Notes: generated from the letters alone by a model not told the origin. DNA of 64,000 nt from Clostridia bacterium (GCA_017524665.1 JAFXVF010000002.1:13026-77025); one strand, 5' to 3'; counted from the first letter of the stretch, positions 9,756 through 21,753 are shown. Made by a program: numbers and translations.

Positions 9756-10583
9756 ATGGGAGTAAAACATTTTAAACCAACGACACCATCAACAAGAAAC
9801 ATGACAGTTTCTGATTTTAGTGAAATTACTAAAAAAACTCCTGAGAAATCTTTACTTGCAACAAAGAAGAAAAATGCAGGAAGAAACTCTTATGGAAGAA
9901 TTACAGTAAGACACCAAGGTGGTGGAAACAGACAAAAATATAGATTAGTAGACTTCAAACGTGACAAAGACGATATGGAAGCTACAGTAATTGGAATCGA
10001 ATATGATCCAAACAGAAGTGCAAATATTGCATTAGTTGAATACACAGACGGAGAAAGAAGATATATTCTAGCTCCTATAGGACTAAAAGATGGAGACAAA
10101 GTAATGTCTGGTAATAACATAGATATTAAGCCAGGAAACAGTTTACCTATTGAAAATATTCCAGTAGGTACAATGATTCACAATGTTGAATTACATCCAG
10201 GACAAGGTGGAAAATTAGTTAGAGCTGCAGGAACAGAAGCACAGCTTATGGCTAAAGAAGGACAATATGCACATATTCGTTTAGCATCTGGAGAAATGAG
10301 ACTTGTTCTTTCAAGATGTAGAGCAACAATAGGAACAATTGGAAATACAGATTATGAAAATATTAAACTTGGTAAGGCTGGACGTACAAGACACTTAGGA
10401 ATTAGACCAACAGTTAGAGGTTCTGTAATGAACCCAGTAGATCACCCTCATGGTGGTGGTGAAGGTAAAGCTCCAGTTGGTCATGCAGGACCACTTACTC
10501 CTTGGGGTAAACCAGCACTTGGATTTAAGACAAGAAAGAAGAACAAACCTTCTAATAAGTTTATTGTAAAGAGGAGGAAATAA
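9756..10583 (+). CDS. rplB: 50S ribosomal protein L2
   Basis: '[16 protein letters not shown]...HPHGGGEGK'. Confidence 0.92.
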   Translation: MGVKHFKPTTPSTRNMTVSDFSEITKKTPEKSLLATKKKNAGRNSYGRITVRHQGGGNRQKYRLVDFKRDKDDMEATVIGIEYDPNRSANIALVEYTDGERRYILAPIGLKDGDKVMSGNNIDIKPGNSLPIENIPVGTMIHNVELHPGQGGKLVRAAGTEAQLMAKEGQYAHIRLASGEMRLVLSRCRATIGTIGNTDYENIKLGKAGRTRHLGIRPTVRGSVMNPVDHPHGGGEGKAPVGHAGPLTPWGKPALGFKTRKKNKPSNKFIVKRRK

Positions 10584-10586
10584 AAC

Positions 10587-10868
10587 ATGTCAAGATCAAG
10601 CAAAAAGAAACCATTCGTAGCACCTGAATTATTAAAAAGAGTTGAAGCTATGAATGAAAGTGGAAAAAAAGAAGCATTAAAAACATGGTCAAGAGCATCT
10701 ACAATTTATCCACAAATGGTTGGACACACAATAGCTGTTCATGATGGAAGAAAACATGTACCTGTATATATTACAGAGGAAATGATAGGACATAAGTTAG
10801 GAGAATTTGCTCCAACAAGAACTTTCAAAGGACACAGCGGAGAAAAAGCAACAACAGTTAAACAGTAA
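10587..10868 (+). CDS. rpsS: 30S ribosomal protein S19
   Basis: S19 family. Confidence 0.9.
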   Translation: MSRSSKKKPFVAPELLKRVEAMNESGKKEALKTWSRASTIYPQMVGHTIAVHDGRKHVPVYITEEMIGHKLGEFAPTRTFKGHSGEKATTVKQ

Positions 10869-10940
10869 AAAATATTTAGCATTTAGCGTTTAGTTTAGTA
10901 AAAAGCCAAATGCAAAAATAAAAACAAGGAGGAAAATAAA

Positions 10941-11321
10941 GTGGCAGATAATAATGAAACAGTTGATACAGCTGTAGAGACAGCTGTAGAAGCTAAAGCA
11001 ACATTAAGATATGCAAGAATCTCTAGCAGAAAAGTTAAAATAGTAGCTGACTTAGTTAGAGGAAAAAATGTTGATGAAGCTTTAGCAATTATGAAATACA
11101 CACCAAAAGCATCATCTGAAGTATTAGAGAAATTGCTTAAATCTGCAATTGCAAATGCAGAAAACAATCATTACATGACAAGATCAAATCTATATATTGC
11201 TGAAATATTTGCAAATCAAGGCCCAACTTTAAAGAGAATTAGACCTGCTGCAAAGGGATCAGCTTTCAAAGTAAGAAAGAGAACAAGTCATATAACAATC
11301 GTATTAAGAGAAAGAAAATAA
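10941..11321 (+). CDS. rplV: 50S ribosomal protein L22 (GTG start)
   Basis: L22 family. RBS AAGGAGG. Confidence 0.88.
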   Translation: MADNNETVDTAVETAVEAKATLRYARISSRKVKIVADLVRGKNVDEALAIMKYTPKASSEVLEKLLKSAIANAENNHYMTRSNLYIAEIFANQGPTLKRIRPAAKGSAFKVRKRTSHITIVLRERK

Positions 11322-11346
11322 TTTTAAGGAAGGAGGATTTTTTAAC

Positions 11347-12009
11347 ATGGGACAGAAAATGCATCCACATGGATTAAGAGTAGGTATTATAAAAGATTGG
11401 GACTCAAAATGGTATGCTGATAAAAAACATTACAGCGAATACTTAGTTGAAGACCACAAAATCCGTGAATATGTTAAGAAAAAATTATTTGTAGCAGGTA
11501 TTTCAAAAGTTGAGATTGAAAGAACTGCAAAATTTGTTAAGGTTAATGTTTACACTGCAAAACCAGGTCTAGTAATTGGTAAAGGCGGAAACTTAGCTGA
11601 AGTATTAAAAGAAGAATTAAAGAAAATGATAGGTAAAGAAGTTAACCTAAATATAGTTGAGGTAAAATCACCAGATTTAGATGCAACACTTGTTGCTGAA
11701 AACATATGCTCACAACTAGAAAGAAGAATTTCATTCAGACGTGCTATGAAACAATGCATGCAAAAAACAATGAAAGCTGGAGCGCTTGGAATTAAAACTT
11801 CTGTATCAGGAAGATTAGGTGGAGCTGATATGGCAAGAACTGAATTCTATAAAGAAGGAACAATTCCACTTCAAACTTTAAGAGCTGATATAGACTATGG
11901 ATTCCATGAAGCTGACACAACTTATGGAAAAATAGGCGTAAAAGTATGGATTTATAAAGGTGAAGTACTTCCTACTAAGAAAGAAAGAGTAGAAGGAGGG
12001 GAAAACTAA
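11347..12009 (+). CDS. rpsC: 30S ribosomal protein S3
   Basis: '[24 protein letters not shown]' with a KH domain. Confidence 0.92.
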   Translation: MGQKMHPHGLRVGIIKDWDSKWYADKKHYSEYLVEDHKIREYVKKKLFVAGISKVEIERTAKFVKVNVYTAKPGLVIGKGGNLAEVLKEELKKMIGKEVNLNIVEVKSPDLDATLVAENICSQLERRISFRRAMKQCMQKTMKAGALGIKTSVSGRLGGADMARTEFYKEGTIPLQTLRADIDYGFHEADTTYGKIGVKVWIYKGEVLPTKKERVEGGEN

Positions 12010-12455
12010 TGCCAGTAATGCCAAAAAGATCAAAATATAGAAAAGTACAAAAAGGCAGAATGAGAGGAAAAGCAACAAGAGGTAATTATGTAAGTGAAGG
12101 TGAATATGGCCTTCAAGCATTAGAAGCTGGATGGATTACTGCTAACCAAATTGAAGCCGCTCGTATCGCTATGACACGTTTTACAAAAAGAGGTGGAAAA
12201 GTTTGGATTAAAATCTTCCCAGACAAACCTATAACAAAGAAACCAGCAGAAACTCGTATGGGTAGTGGTAAAGGAAACCCAGAATATTGGGTAGCTGTTG
12301 TTAAACCAGGAAGAGTTATGTTTGAAATGGCTGAAATTCCTGAAGAAACAGCAAGAGAAGCATTAAGATTAGCTATGCACAAATTACCAATAAAAACAAA
12401 ATTTGTTACAAGAGAATCTGCAGAAGAGGCAGGTGATAGCAATGAAGATAAATAA
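12009..12455 (+). CDS. rplP: 50S ribosomal protein L16
   Basis: L16 family. Confidence 0.92.
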   Translation: MPVMPKRSKYRKVQKGRMRGKATRGNYVSEGEYGLQALEAGWITANQIEAARIAMTRFTKRGGKVWIKIFPDKPITKKPAETRMGSGKGNPEYWVAVVKPGRVMFEMAEIPEETAREALRLAMHKLPIKTKFVTRESAEEAGDSNEDK

Positions 12456-12642
12456 AATAAGAGAAATGTCTTCAGAGGAGCTAGTAAAGGAATTAGATGA
12501 ATTAAAGAAAGAGTTATTCAAATTAAGATTTTCACTAGCAACAAATGGGTTAGATAATCCATTAAAAATAAAAGAAGTAAAGAAAGACATAGCAAAAATT
12601 AAGACAATTCTAAGAGAAAGAGAATTAAATGAAGCAAAATAG
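12442..12642 (+). CDS. rpmC: 50S ribosomal protein L29
   Basis: '[30 protein letters not shown]'. Start overlaps the rplP end. The track ORF starts at 12403. Confidence 0.85.
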   Translation: MKINKIREMSSEELVKELDELKKELFKLRFSLATNGLDNPLKIKEVKKDIAKIKTILRERELNEAK

Positions 12643-12678
12643 TTTTTACATTAAAAACTAAGAAAGGAGAATTCTAAA

Positions 12679-12945
12679 ATGTCTGAAGAAAGAAATCTTC
12701 GCAAAGAATTAATAGGAACAGTTACTTCTGACAAGATGGATAAAACAGTTGTTGTTTCAGTAGAAACAAGTGTTAAACATCCAATATATAAGAAAATTGT
12801 TAGAAGAACATATAAACTTAAAGCTCATGATGAAGAAAACAATTGCCACATGGGTGATAAAGTAAGAGTAATGGAAACACGTCCTCTATCTAAAGATAAG
12901 AGATGGAGAGTAGTTGAAATAGTTGAGAAGGCAGAAGTAAAATAA
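12679..12945 (+). CDS. rpsQ: 30S ribosomal protein S17
   Basis: S17 family. Confidence 0.9.
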   Translation: MSEERNLRKELIGTVTSDKMDKTVVVSVETSVKHPIYKKIVRRTYKLKAHDEENNCHMGDKVRVMETRPLSKDKRWRVVEIVEKAEVK

Positions 12946-12983
12946 ACTGCCAACCCTAAAAGATTTAAAGGAGGAAACCAAAC

Positions 12984-13352
12984 ATGGTACAGCAACAATC
13001 AATATTAAAAGTAGCTGACAATACTGGTGCAAAAGAACTTCTATGCATTCGTTGCTTAGGCGGATCACATAGAAAAGTAGCCAGAATTGGTGATGTTATT
13101 ATAGCATCTGTTAAAACTGCAGCTCCTGTTGGTATGGTTAAAAAAGGTGAAGTTGTTAAAGCAGTTGTTGTTAGAACAAAGAAACCTACAAAAAGACCAG
13201 ATGGTTCTTATGTAAGATTTGATGAAAATGCAGCTGTTATTATTCGTGATGACAAAACACCTAGAGGAACACGTATCTTTGGGCCAGTTGCAAGAGAACT
13301 TAGAGATGGAGAGTATATGAAGATTTTGTCATTAGCTCCAGAAGTATTATAG
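12984..13352 (+). CDS. rplN: 50S ribosomal protein L14
   Basis: '[28 protein letters not shown]'. Confidence 0.92.
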   Translation: MVQQQSILKVADNTGAKELLCIRCLGGSHRKVARIGDVIIASVKTAAPVGMVKKGEVVKAVVVRTKKPTKRPDGSYVRFDENAAVIIRDDKTPRGTRIFGPVARELRDGEYMKILSLAPEVL

Positions 13353-13360
13353 AAATACAC

Positions 13361-13470
13361 AAATTATAATCAGCATCTTGCGTCGTTGAAATTCATTTAA
13401 AACGCGGTCACGTACAACTCGTACGCTCCCTTGCCTTTTAAATAAATTTCGCCTAGCAATATACTAATTC
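13361..13470. repeat. Intergenic repeat copy A (rplN-rplX spacer), related to the copy at 14625.
   Basis: Shares 'tcttgcg' at the 5' end and '(g/a)cgcctagcaata' at the 3' end with the 14625 element. Ribosomal genes here are normally contiguous. Confidence 0.45.
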
Positions 13471-13538
13471 TAATTTGTGTCAGACAAAATAATTCAACAC
13501 AAAACGAGAATAATCAAAGAAAAGGAGGAAAATCCTAA

Positions 13539-13847
13539 ATGAAAATAAAAAAAGGCGACACTGTTCAAGTTTTATCAGGAAATGATAAAGGAAAAACAGG
13601 TGAAGTTTTAGAAGTAGTTCCAAAGACTGAAAAAGTCGTTGTTAAGGGCGTAAATGTTAGAAAGAAACACGTAAAAGCTAGAAAACAAGGAGAAGAAAGT
13701 GGAATACTTTCAATCGAATGTGGAATTCATGCTAGCAAGGTAAACGTAGTTTGCCCTAAATGCAATAAACCAGCTCGTATAGGATATGAGATGGAAAAAG
13801 ATGAGAAAGTACGTGTTTGCAAAAGATGCGGAAGTAAATTGAAGTAG
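13539..13847 (+). CDS. rplX: 50S ribosomal protein L24, variant whose C-terminus carries a CxxC...CxxC zinc ribbon.
   Basis: KOW region '[24 protein letters not shown]', then '[29 protein letters not shown]'. Confidence 0.85.
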   Translation: MKIKKGDTVQVLSGNDKGKTGEVLEVVPKTEKVVVKGVNVRKKHVKARKQGEESGILSIECGIHASKVNVVCPKCNKPARIGYEMEKDEKVRVCKRCGSKLK

Positions 13848-13866
13848 AAAGGAGGAACAATACATA

Positions 13867-14406
13867 ATGGAAGCATTAAGAGAACGTTATGAAAAAGAAG
13901 TAAAACCTGCATTAATGAAAAAGTTTAACTATAAATCAGTAATGCAAGTTCCAAAGCTTGAAAAAATAGTAATTAATATCGGGTTAGGAGATGTTAGAGA
14001 TAACCCAAAATCATTAGAAAATGCAATGAATGATTTACAAATTATAACTGGTCAAAAACCAATTATAACAAAGGCTAAAAAATCAATTGCTGCTTTCAAA
14101 TTAAGAGAAGGAGCAAATATAGGACTTAAAGTTACTTTAAGATCTGGAAAAATGTATGATTTTGCATATAAACTATTTAATGTTGCACTTCCTAGAGTTA
14201 GAGATTTTAGAGGAGTTGCTGACAACTCATTTGATGGAAGAGGAAACTTCTCAATGGGTGTTAAAGAACAGCTTATATTCCCTGAAATCGAATATGATAA
14301 AATTGATAAATTAAGAGGTATGGACATTTCGTTTGTTACAACAGCAAATACAGACGAAGAAGCAAGAGAACTATTAAGTTTACTTGGAATGCCTTTTAGA
14401 AAATAA
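13867..14406 (+). CDS. rplE: 50S ribosomal protein L5
   Basis: L5 family. Confidence 0.92.
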   Translation: MEALRERYEKEVKPALMKKFNYKSVMQVPKLEKIVINIGLGDVRDNPKSLENAMNDLQIITGQKPIITKAKKSIAAFKLREGANIGLKVTLRSGKMYDFAYKLFNVALPRVRDFRGVADNSFDGRGNFSMGVKEQLIFPEIEYDKIDKLRGMDISFVTTANTDEEARELLSLLGMPFRK

Positions 14407-14428
14407 TAAGGAGGAGTAAAGAAAACAT

Positions 14429-14614
14429 ATGGCTAAAAAATCATTAAAAGTAAAACAACTAAAAGTACAAAAATACAAGACAAGAGAATATAATCGTTGC
14501 AAATTATGTGGAAGACCACACAGCTATATTCGTAAATATGGAATTTGCCGTGTATGCTTTAGAGAATTAGCACATAAGGGTGAGATTCCAGGGGTTAAGA
14601 AAGCTAGCTGGTAA
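14429..14614 (+). CDS. rpsN: 30S ribosomal protein S14 type Z (zinc form)
   Basis: 61 aa, '[38 protein letters not shown]'. Confidence 0.9.
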   Translation: MAKKSLKVKQLKVQKYKTREYNRCKLCGRPHSYIRKYGICRVCFRELAHKGEIPGVKKASW

Positions 14615-14624
14615 TAAAATTAAT

Positions 14625-14725
14625 GAAAAACTTCGTCTTGCGGTGTTGCTCATCATTCGAAAATGCTCAGCGTATCTTTATACGCTTCCGCTTTTCTCAT
14701 TCGAGCGCCTAGCAATACTCGTTTT
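14625..14725. repeat. Intergenic repeat copy B (rpsN-rpsH spacer)
   Basis: See copy A at 13361; same terminal motifs. Confidence 0.45.
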
Positions 14726-14781
14726 TGATTAATTTTATAGATACACATAATAAAAATAAAAAGAAGGAGGTAAATTGCAGA

Positions 14782-15180
14782 ATGAACACAACAGACCCAA
14801 TCGCAGATATGCTTACTAGAATAAGAAATGCAGGAACTTCAAAGCAAAAAACAGTTGACGTTCCAGCATCTAATATGAAGAGAGCTATAGCTGATATATT
14901 ATTCAAAGAGGGCTATATTAGAGCCTATGAAGAAATAAAAGATGAAACACAAGGTGTGCTTAGAATTACTTTAAAGTATGATGAAAAAGGAACAAAGGTA
15001 ATTTCTGGATTAAAAAGAATAAGCAAACCTGGTTTAAGAGTATATGCATCTAAGGAAGATTTACCACAAGTTTTAAATGGATTAGGAATCGCATTAGTTT
15101 CTACTTCAAAAGGTGTTATGACTGATAAAGAAGCTAGAAAAGAAAACTTAGGTGGAGAAGTATTAGCATACATTTGGTAG
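14782..15180 (+). CDS. rpsH: 30S ribosomal protein S8
   Basis: '[17 protein letters not shown]' with RBS AAGGAGG. The track ORF starts at 14725. Confidence 0.9.
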   Translation: MNTTDPIADMLTRIRNAGTSKQKTVDVPASNMKRAIADILFKEGYIRAYEEIKDETQGVLRITLKYDEKGTKVISGLKRISKPGLRVYASKEDLPQVLNGLGIALVSTSKGVMTDKEARKENLGGEVLAYIW

Positions 15181-15214
15181 GCTATAAATAACTAACAAAA
15201 AAGAGGTGAATAAA

Positions 15215-15754
15215 ATGTCAAGAATAGGAAATAGCCCTATTACTGTACCAGCTGGTGTAGAAGTTAAACTAGATGGAAATAAAATTACAGTAAAAGGACC
15301 AAAAGGATCATTAGAAAAAGAGTTACACAGCAATATGAAAGTAAGCATTGATGGAAATGTAATTAAAGTTGAAAGACCAAATGATGATCCATTAAATAAA
15401 AGTATACATGGTTTAACAAGAACATTAATTAATAACATGGTTAATGGTGTTGTTACAGAATATACAAGAACTCTAGAAGTAAATGGTGTTGGATACAGAG
15501 CATCAAAACAAGGTAAAAAATTAGTATTAAACCTTGGATATTCTCATCCAATAGAAATGGTTGAGCCAGAAGGAATCTTCTTTGACGTACCAAATCCAAA
15601 CCAAATAGTTGTAAGAGGTATGGACAAAGAATTAGTTGGAGAAATGGCTGCTGTTATTAGAACAAAGAGACCACCAGAAGTATATAGAGGAAAAGGTATA
15701 AAATACGCTGAAGAAACAATCAGACGTAAAGAAGGAAAAGCAGGTAAGAAATAA
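15215..15754 (+). CDS. rplF: 50S ribosomal protein L6
   Basis: '[31 protein letters not shown]' with RBS AAGAGGTG. Confidence 0.9.
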   Translation: MSRIGNSPITVPAGVEVKLDGNKITVKGPKGSLEKELHSNMKVSIDGNVIKVERPNDDPLNKSIHGLTRTLINNMVNGVVTEYTRTLEVNGVGYRASKQGKKLVLNLGYSHPIEMVEPEGIFFDVPNPNQIVVRGMDKELVGEMAAVIRTKRPPEVYRGKGIKYAEETIRRKEGKAGKK

Positions 15755-15792
15755 AAATTTCAAACCAAAATAAAGGAGGTAGACAAAACAAG

Positions 15793-16152
15793 ATGATTAC
15801 GAAGATAGATAGAAAAGAAACAAGACAAAAAAGACATTTAAAAGTTCGTAACAAAATAAGTGGCACTGCAGAACGTCCAAGACTTTGCGTATACAGAAGC
15901 AATCAAAACATATACGTACAAGTAGTAGATGACGTAGCAGGAGCAACTCTTGTAAGTGCATCTACACTTGATAAAGAAGTTAAAACAAAGCGTGCAAATA
16001 AAGAAGCTGCAAAAGAAGTAGGTACTTTAGTTGCAAAAAGAGCTCTTGATAAAAACATCAAAGAAGTTGTATTTGACAGAGGCGGATACATTTATCATGG
16101 TGTAGTAAAAGAAATCGCAGAAGCTGCAAGAGAAGGCGGATTAGTATTCTAA
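15793..16152 (+). CDS. rplR: 50S ribosomal protein L18
   Basis: L18 family. Confidence 0.9.
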   Translation: MITKIDRKETRQKRHLKVRNKISGTAERPRLCVYRSNQNIYVQVVDDVAGATLVSASTLDKEVKTKRANKEAAKEVGTLVAKRALDKNIKEVVFDRGGYIYHGVVKEIAEAAREGGLVF

Positions 16153-16300
16153 GTGAGGTGAGAAGTGAGAAGTGAGAGGTGAAAAAACCTTAAACTTTTA
16201 CTTGAGTAACCTAAAATAAACAAATATGTAAATATAGAGATCGAGAGAAAAGGGAAATTTCATTTCTCACATCTCACTTTTCAAGAATGGAGGGAAAAGA
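16153..16300. repeat. Spacer with five short direct repeats of gtgaga(a/g) and an imperfect distal inverted copy (ttctcacatctcac), between rplR and rpsE.
   Basis: Seen directly: gtgaggtgagaagtgagaagtgagaggtgaaa ... tttcatttctcacatctcactttt. Confidence 0.5.
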
Positions 16301-16306
16301 AAAATA

Positions 16307-16798
16307 ATGGAAAACGAAAACCAAGTAGAATTAAAAGAGAAAGTTGTTTCTATTGGAAGAGTAGCTAAAGTTGTTAAAGGTGGTAGAACTTTTAGATTTA
16401 GCGCAGTAGTAGTTGTTGGAGATGGAGCAGGACACATTGGTGTTGGAAACGGAAAATCATCAGAAGTTCCTGATGCAATAAAGAAAGCTATTGAAGATGC
16501 TAAAAAGAATTTAATAGAAGTTCCTATCGTAGGAACAACAATTCCTCATGAATATGTTGGAAAATTTGGTTCTGCAAGTGTACTTTTAAAACCAGCTCCA
16601 GAAGGTTCTGGACTTATTGCTGGTGGAAGTGTAAGACCAGTTCTTGAACTTGCAGGATATAGAGACATAAAAACAAAAGTTATTGGAACAAACAATCCAA
16701 GAAACGTTGTTAGTGCTACATTAAATGCTCTTCAAAATATGAAGACAACAACAGAAGTAGCTAAAAAAAGAGGAAAGAAAGCTGAAGAAATAGCTTAA
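16307..16798 (+). CDS. rpsE: 30S ribosomal protein S5
   Basis: S5 family. Confidence 0.92.
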   Translation: MENENQVELKEKVVSIGRVAKVVKGGRTFRFSAVVVVGDGAGHIGVGNGKSSEVPDAIKKAIEDAKKNLIEVPIVGTTIPHEYVGKFGSASVLLKPAPEGSGLIAGGSVRPVLELAGYRDIKTKVIGTNNPRNVVSATLNALQNMKTTTEVAKKRGKKAEEIA

Positions 16799-16830
16799 GA
16801 TAATTTAAATTAAGGGAGGTGCTAAACATA

Positions 16831-17274
16831 ATGAAACTAAGCGAATTAAAGCCAGCAGTTAAGAAAGAAACAAGAAAAAGAGTTGGACGCGGTATTGGAT
16901 CAGGTTTAGGAAAAACTTCAGGCAGAGGCCATAAAGGTCAAAAAGCAAGATCTGGAGGCGGAGTTAGACGTGGATTCGAAGGTGGCCAAACTCCATTATA
17001 TAGAAGATTACCAAAAAGAGGATTCACAAATATTTTTGCAAATAATTACACAGAAGTTACTTTAACAATGCTTAACAAATCTAAAGCAACAGAAGTAACA
17101 GCTGAAACACTTCTTTCAGAAGGAATTATTGGAAAAGTAAATGATGGAATAGTAATTCTTGGAACAGGTAACCTAGATAAGAAACTTTCAGTTAAGGCAG
17201 TTCGTTTCACAGCTTCTGCAAAGGAAAAAATCGAAGCATTAGGTGGAAAAGCAGAGGTGATTGAAGTTGTTTAA
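16831..17274 (+). CDS. rplO: 50S ribosomal protein L15. No L30 gene lies between rpsE and rplO.
   Basis: '[37 protein letters not shown]' with RBS GGGAGGTG. Confidence 0.9.
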   Translation: MKLSELKPAVKKETRKRVGRGIGSGLGKTSGRGHKGQKARSGGGVRRGFEGGQTPLYRRLPKRGFTNIFANNYTEVTLTMLNKSKATEVTAETLLSEGIIGKVNDGIVILGTGNLDKKLSVKAVRFTASAKEKIEALGGKAEVIEVV

Positions 17275-18589
17275 GACTATAAAAAATGCCTTAAAAACAC
17301 CAGACGTTAGAAAAAAACTAATGTATACATTAGTACTAATCGTCATATTCCGTTTAGGATGCTTTATAACTGTACCTGGGGTTGATGCAGTAGCACTAGA
17401 AGACGTAATGAGAAATGGTGCAACTGGTCTTTCTGGACTAGTAGATATCATTTCAGGTGGTGCGTTTTCAAGATTTTCAGTATTTGCTATGACAATTAGC
17501 CCATACATCACAGCATCAATTGTTATTCAATTGCTTGCTATGATAATACCTTCTTTAGAAAAAGCAATTAAAGAAGGTGGCCCAGAAGGTAAGGCAAAAA
17601 TAAATAGATATACAAAAATGTTAACAATATTGCTTGCACTAGTAGAAGGAATAGGAATTTATGTTTCATACCAAAGTTCAGGAATATTCATTAATCCAGG
17701 ATTTTTAACAGGAGCATTAGTTGTTATTTCTTTAATGGCAGGTACTGCACTTCTTATGTGGCTTGGAGAACAGATAACAAGTAAAGGAATTGGAAATGGT
17801 ATTTCAATTATAATCTTTATTGGTATCGTTTCAGGTTTACCAGGAGCAGTAGAAACAGTATATGGTTTAATTTTTGCAAATGGAGCATTTAGCACAACTG
17901 GATTCCTAACAGCACTTGGAATTATAATTGGGGCAATAATTTTAGTTGCCGGAGTTGTATTTGTACAAGAAGCTGAAAGAAGAGTACCAGTACAATATGC
18001 TAAAAAAGTTGTTGGAAGAAAAATGTATGGTGGACAAAATACACATATTCCACTTAAACTTGCAATGGCAGGTGTTATGCCAGTTATCTTTGCAAGTAGC
18101 TTTATGACATTTCCAGCAATGATCATTCCAATGTTTAATCGTGATATCGCAAATGCAGATGGATTTTGGGCAGGTGTATACAAATTCTCACTTGCTACAT
18201 CTTCTTCAAGTGTACCAGTTGGATATTCAATAGCAAATGCAATTGTATACTTACTATTGATAGTAGGATTTACATTCTTCTATACATATGCAACGTTTAA
18301 CCCTGCAGAAGTATCAAACAATATAAAGAAGAACGGTGGATTTATACCAGGAATAAGAGCAGGAAAACCTACAACAGATTATTTATCTGGAATAATGTCA
18401 AAATTGACATGGTTTGGAGGATTATTCTTAAGTATAATTGCTATCCTACCAATGCTTATGAGATTTACAAATTTAAATGTAGCATTTGGTGGTACATCTA
18501 TATTAATCGTAGTAGGTGTTGCATTAGAGACAGTTCAACAATTAGAATCTCAATTAGTAATGAGACATTACAAGGGATTCCTAGAATAA
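17261..18589 (+). CDS. secY: Preprotein translocase subunit SecY (TTG start overlapping the rplO end)
   Basis: 10-TM SecY family, 442 aa. Confidence 0.9.
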   Translation: MKLFKTIKNALKTPDVRKKLMYTLVLIVIFRLGCFITVPGVDAVALEDVMRNGATGLSGLVDIISGGAFSRFSVFAMTISPYITASIVIQLLAMIIPSLEKAIKEGGPEGKAKINRYTKMLTILLALVEGIGIYVSYQSSGIFINPGFLTGALVVISLMAGTALLMWLGEQITSKGIGNGISIIIFIGIVSGLPGAVETVYGLIFANGAFSTTGFLTALGIIIGAIILVAGVVFVQEAERRVPVQYAKKVVGRKMYGGQNTHIPLKLAMAGVMPVIFASSFMTFPAMIIPMFNRDIANADGFWAGVYKFSLATSSSSVPVGYSIANAIVYLLLIVGFTFFYTYATFNPAEVSNNIKKNGGFIPGIRAGKPTTDYLSGIMSKLTWFGGLFLSIIAILPMLMRFTNLNVAFGGTSILIVVGVALETVQQLESQLVMRHYKGFLE

Positions 18590-18591
18590 AA

Positions 18592-18625
18592 AAACGAGCG
18601 AAAGCTCGTTTTTTTATTGCATAAT
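18592..18625 (+). terminator. Terminator after secY
   Basis: aaaaacgagcgaaagctcgttttttt. Confidence 0.6.
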
Positions 18626-18712
18626 ATTTTTTTTTATGGTATAAATTTGTTATCTAATATAACATAATGAGATTGTAAATATGATATATACCAATGAAAA
18701 GAGAGGGTGTAA

Positions 18713-19814
18713 TATGTTATTAATCAGTTTAGAAGAATATAATAGACTACAAAAACAAGCAGCAGAAAGAGAAGAAAACGAGCTGGCTAGAGAGCTTGCA
18801 GAAATGATAGGAGAAACCGATGAGAGTGAACATATGCTTCCAACAAAAGAAGCAAAAAAGGCAGCAGAATTATTAGAACAAGCAAAGGTTACATTAACAT
18901 TAGATGAATATAAAGAATTACAAGTTCAAGCAGCAGAAAGAGAAGAAAACGAGCTGGCTAGAGAAGTTGCAGAGATGCTAGGAGAAACCAATGAGAGCGA
19001 ATATATGCTTCCAACTGAAGCGGCAAGGCAAGCAACAGAGCTATTAGAAAGAGCAGAAGTTACAATAACAATAGAAGAATACTCAATGCTACAAGAAATG
19101 TCAAAAGAAACAGAATTAGACCCAATGGCGACGATAATTGAGGAAACACTTGGAGAAATAAACAGAAGCGAATATATGTTTCCGACAGATAGGGCGCAAG
19201 AAGCACTAAATTTATTGAAAAAAGCAAGATTATCGATAACAGTTGAAGAATTTAAAAGACTACAGGAACAATCAAAAGAAAGAGTAGAGAACCCTTGGTC
19301 TGCAGAATTTGACGATTTAGTTACTACGATGCCAACGCAAAGAGCCAAAGAAGCGACAGAACTGTTGACGAAGGCGAGGGTGAGAGTATCTTTAGAAGAA
19401 TACAGAGAACTGCAAGCTCAAACAAAAGAAAGAGAAGAAAACCCTCTTTTAGCAGGATTTGATGATATAGATACCACGATGCCAACGCAAAGAGCCGAAG
19501 AAGCAACAACAATACTGGCAAGAGCTGATTTAGAGGTCACAGAAGCAGAATATATAGAGTTACAAGTCCAATCAAGAGAAAGAGAAGTTGATCCTATTTT
19601 TGAAGACTTCTTAGAATTAGACACTACAATGCCAACAAAAAGAGCAATAGAAGCAGAAAATATATTAAAAAGACCAATATCTATTAGAAATGTTACTAGA
19701 ACTGCACTAGAAAGTGGTATCACGACAATAGATTTAAAAGATACAAGACAAGCAGAAGATAGAGCTAGAAGTGATGAAAGACACGACGATGATAAAACCA
19801 GAAATGGTGAATAA
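18713..19814 (+). CDS. Acidic coiled-coil tandem-repeat protein (~6 copies of a ~60-aa unit), inserted between secY and adk.
   Basis: Repeated 'EEY..LQ.QAAEREENELARE.AEM.GET.ESEYMLPT..A...ELL..A'. Nucleotide-level repeats (e.g. caagcagcagaaagagaagaaaacgagctggctagaga occurs twice). Confidence 0.6.
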
Positions 19815-19997
19815 TTTAATATGTACACAAAAGACAGATATGCGAGAGTGTGCAAAAAAGTGATAAGAAATCGTGAAGAATTTCTTATCACTTTTTCTTA
19901 AAAAACAGCTAAAAAAAGCTTAAAATCCGTTGCAAGAAAAAGAAAAATAATATATAATATTATATACTTTTGTTTTAGCATAAAAGGAGGATTATAT

Positions 19998-20657
19998 ATG
20001 GAAATTGTTATGCTTGGAGCACCTGGAACAGGAAAAGGAACAGTAGGGAAACTCTTATCAAAAGAATTTGGAATTCCCCACGTATCAAGTGGAGAAATCT
20101 TTAGAAGTTATAGCCAAAGACATGGAGAACTTGCAGATGAAATAGCAAGCTATATTAATTCAGGGACTCTAGTACCAGATGAGCTAACAATTAAACTTAT
20201 AAAGAAAAGGTTAAATGAGCCAGATATGGTAAATGGATTTATACTAGATGGTTTCCCAAGAACTGTTGCACAAGGAGAAAGCTTAAATGAAATTCTTGCA
20301 GAACAAGATAGAGAAATAAACATAGTTGTAAACCTTGACTTGTCAGATGAGGAGATAATCGACAGAATAGTTAAAAGAAGAACTTGCCCTAACCCAGAAT
20401 GCAGAGAAATATATAACTTAGAATTTAAACCACCAAAAGTAGAAGGCATATGTGATGTGTGCGGATCAAGGCTTATTGTAAGAAGTGATGACAATGAAGA
20501 AACAGTAAGGCAGAGATTAAAAACATATCACGAAACATCAGAAGAATTAGTAGAATACTACAAAAAACAAGCTTTACTATACACAGTAAAACTTAACAAA
20601 GAATCAAATGTAACAACTATGGGAATAGCAGAAGAGATAAGGAGCTATTTTGAATAG
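19998..20657 (+). CDS. adk: Adenylate kinase
   Basis: 'GAPGTGKGT' P-loop and a CxxC...CxxC lid. RBS AAAGGAGG. Confidence 0.92.
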   Translation: MEIVMLGAPGTGKGTVGKLLSKEFGIPHVSSGEIFRSYSQRHGELADEIASYINSGTLVPDELTIKLIKKRLNEPDMVNGFILDGFPRTVAQGESLNEILAEQDREINIVVNLDLSDEEIIDRIVKRRTCPNPECREIYNLEFKPPKVEGICDVCGSRLIVRSDDNEETVRQRLKTYHETSEELVEYYKKQALLYTVKLNKESNVTTMGIAEEIRSYFE

Positions 20658-20703
20658 GCCAATAGAACCGTCCCTACTGACCCAAACGAAAGGAACAATC
20701 ACA

Positions 20704-21483
20704 ATGGTAACAATTAAATCTAAAAAAGAAATTGAATTAATGAGAGAATCATGCAAAATTGTAGCAATGGCGCAAGAGGCAATAAAAAAAGCAATTAGGC
20801 CAGGAATTAGTACATGGGAATTAAATAAGATAGCTGAAGATGTTATATATGCGCAAGGTGCAATTCCATCATGCAAGAATTATCCAAGTGGTGTTAAAGG
20901 AGTTCCACCATTTCCAGCAGGTGTATGTATTTCAGTAAATGATGAGGTAATTCACGGTATCCCGTCAAAACATGTTATTTTGCATGAAGGCGACATTGTA
21001 AGCACAGATCTTTGTGCATATAAGAATGGTGTACACGGGGATGCAACCAGAACACACTTTATTGGTGGAGCAGAAGCGGTAGATCCAGAAACAAGGCGTC
21101 TAGTAGAAGTTACAACACAAAGCTTTTATGAAGGACTTAAATATGCAAAGCCAGGTTATAGAATTGGTGATGTATCTCATGCAATTGGTGAATATATAGA
21201 ATCACATGGCTTTTATATTGTAAAAGAATTTCAAGGGCATGGAATAGGACACCAAATGCATGAAGATCCGGGGGTTCCAAATTATGGAGTACCAGGTAAG
21301 GGAGTAAGGCTAGAACCAGGTATGTGTTTGGCTATAGAACCGATGGTAAACCTTGGTACAGAAGAGATTGAGGTTCTTGATGATGGATGGACAATTGTAA
21401 CAGCTGATGGCAGTCCAGCAGCACACTATGAAAATACAATTTTAATTACAGAAAAAGAGCCAGAAATATTGACAATCTTATAA
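20704..21483 (+). CDS. map: Type I methionine aminopeptidase
   Basis: MetAP motifs. The track ORF starts at 20650; the internal ATG at 20704 gives the canonical 'MVTIKSKKEIELM'. Confidence 0.85.
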   Translation: MVTIKSKKEIELMRESCKIVAMAQEAIKKAIRPGISTWELNKIAEDVIYAQGAIPSCKNYPSGVKGVPPFPAGVCISVNDEVIHGIPSKHVILHEGDIVSTDLCAYKNGVHGDATRTHFIGGAEAVDPETRRLVEVTTQSFYEGLKYAKPGYRIGDVSHAIGEYIESHGFYIVKEFQGHGIGHQMHEDPGVPNYGVPGKGVRLEPGMCLAIEPMVNLGTEEIEVLDDGWTIVTADGSPAAHYENTILITEKEPEILTIL

Positions 21484-21510
21484 TTTTGTTATATACTATA
21501 AAGGCTAATT

Positions 21511-21753
21511 GTGATAAATAGGAGGGAAAACACTTTGGCAAAAGAGGATGTAATTGAAGTAGAGGGAACTGTAGTAGAAACTCTTCCTAATACAAATTTC
21601 AAAGTTGAGCTTGAAAATGGTCATCAAATATTGGCTCATATTTCAGGAAAACTTAGAATGAATTATATAAAAATCTTACCTGGGGATAAGGTAAGAGTAG
21701 AATTATCTCCATACGATTTAACTAGAGGACGTATTACATGGAGAGCAAAATAA
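21511..21753 (+). CDS. infA: Translation initiation factor IF-1. The real start is probably the TTG near 21535.
   Basis: '[40 protein letters not shown]'. Confidence 0.85.
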   Translation: MINRRENTLAKEDVIEVEGTVVETLPNTNFKVELENGHQILAHISGKLRMNYIKILPGDKVRVELSPYDLTRGRITWRAK

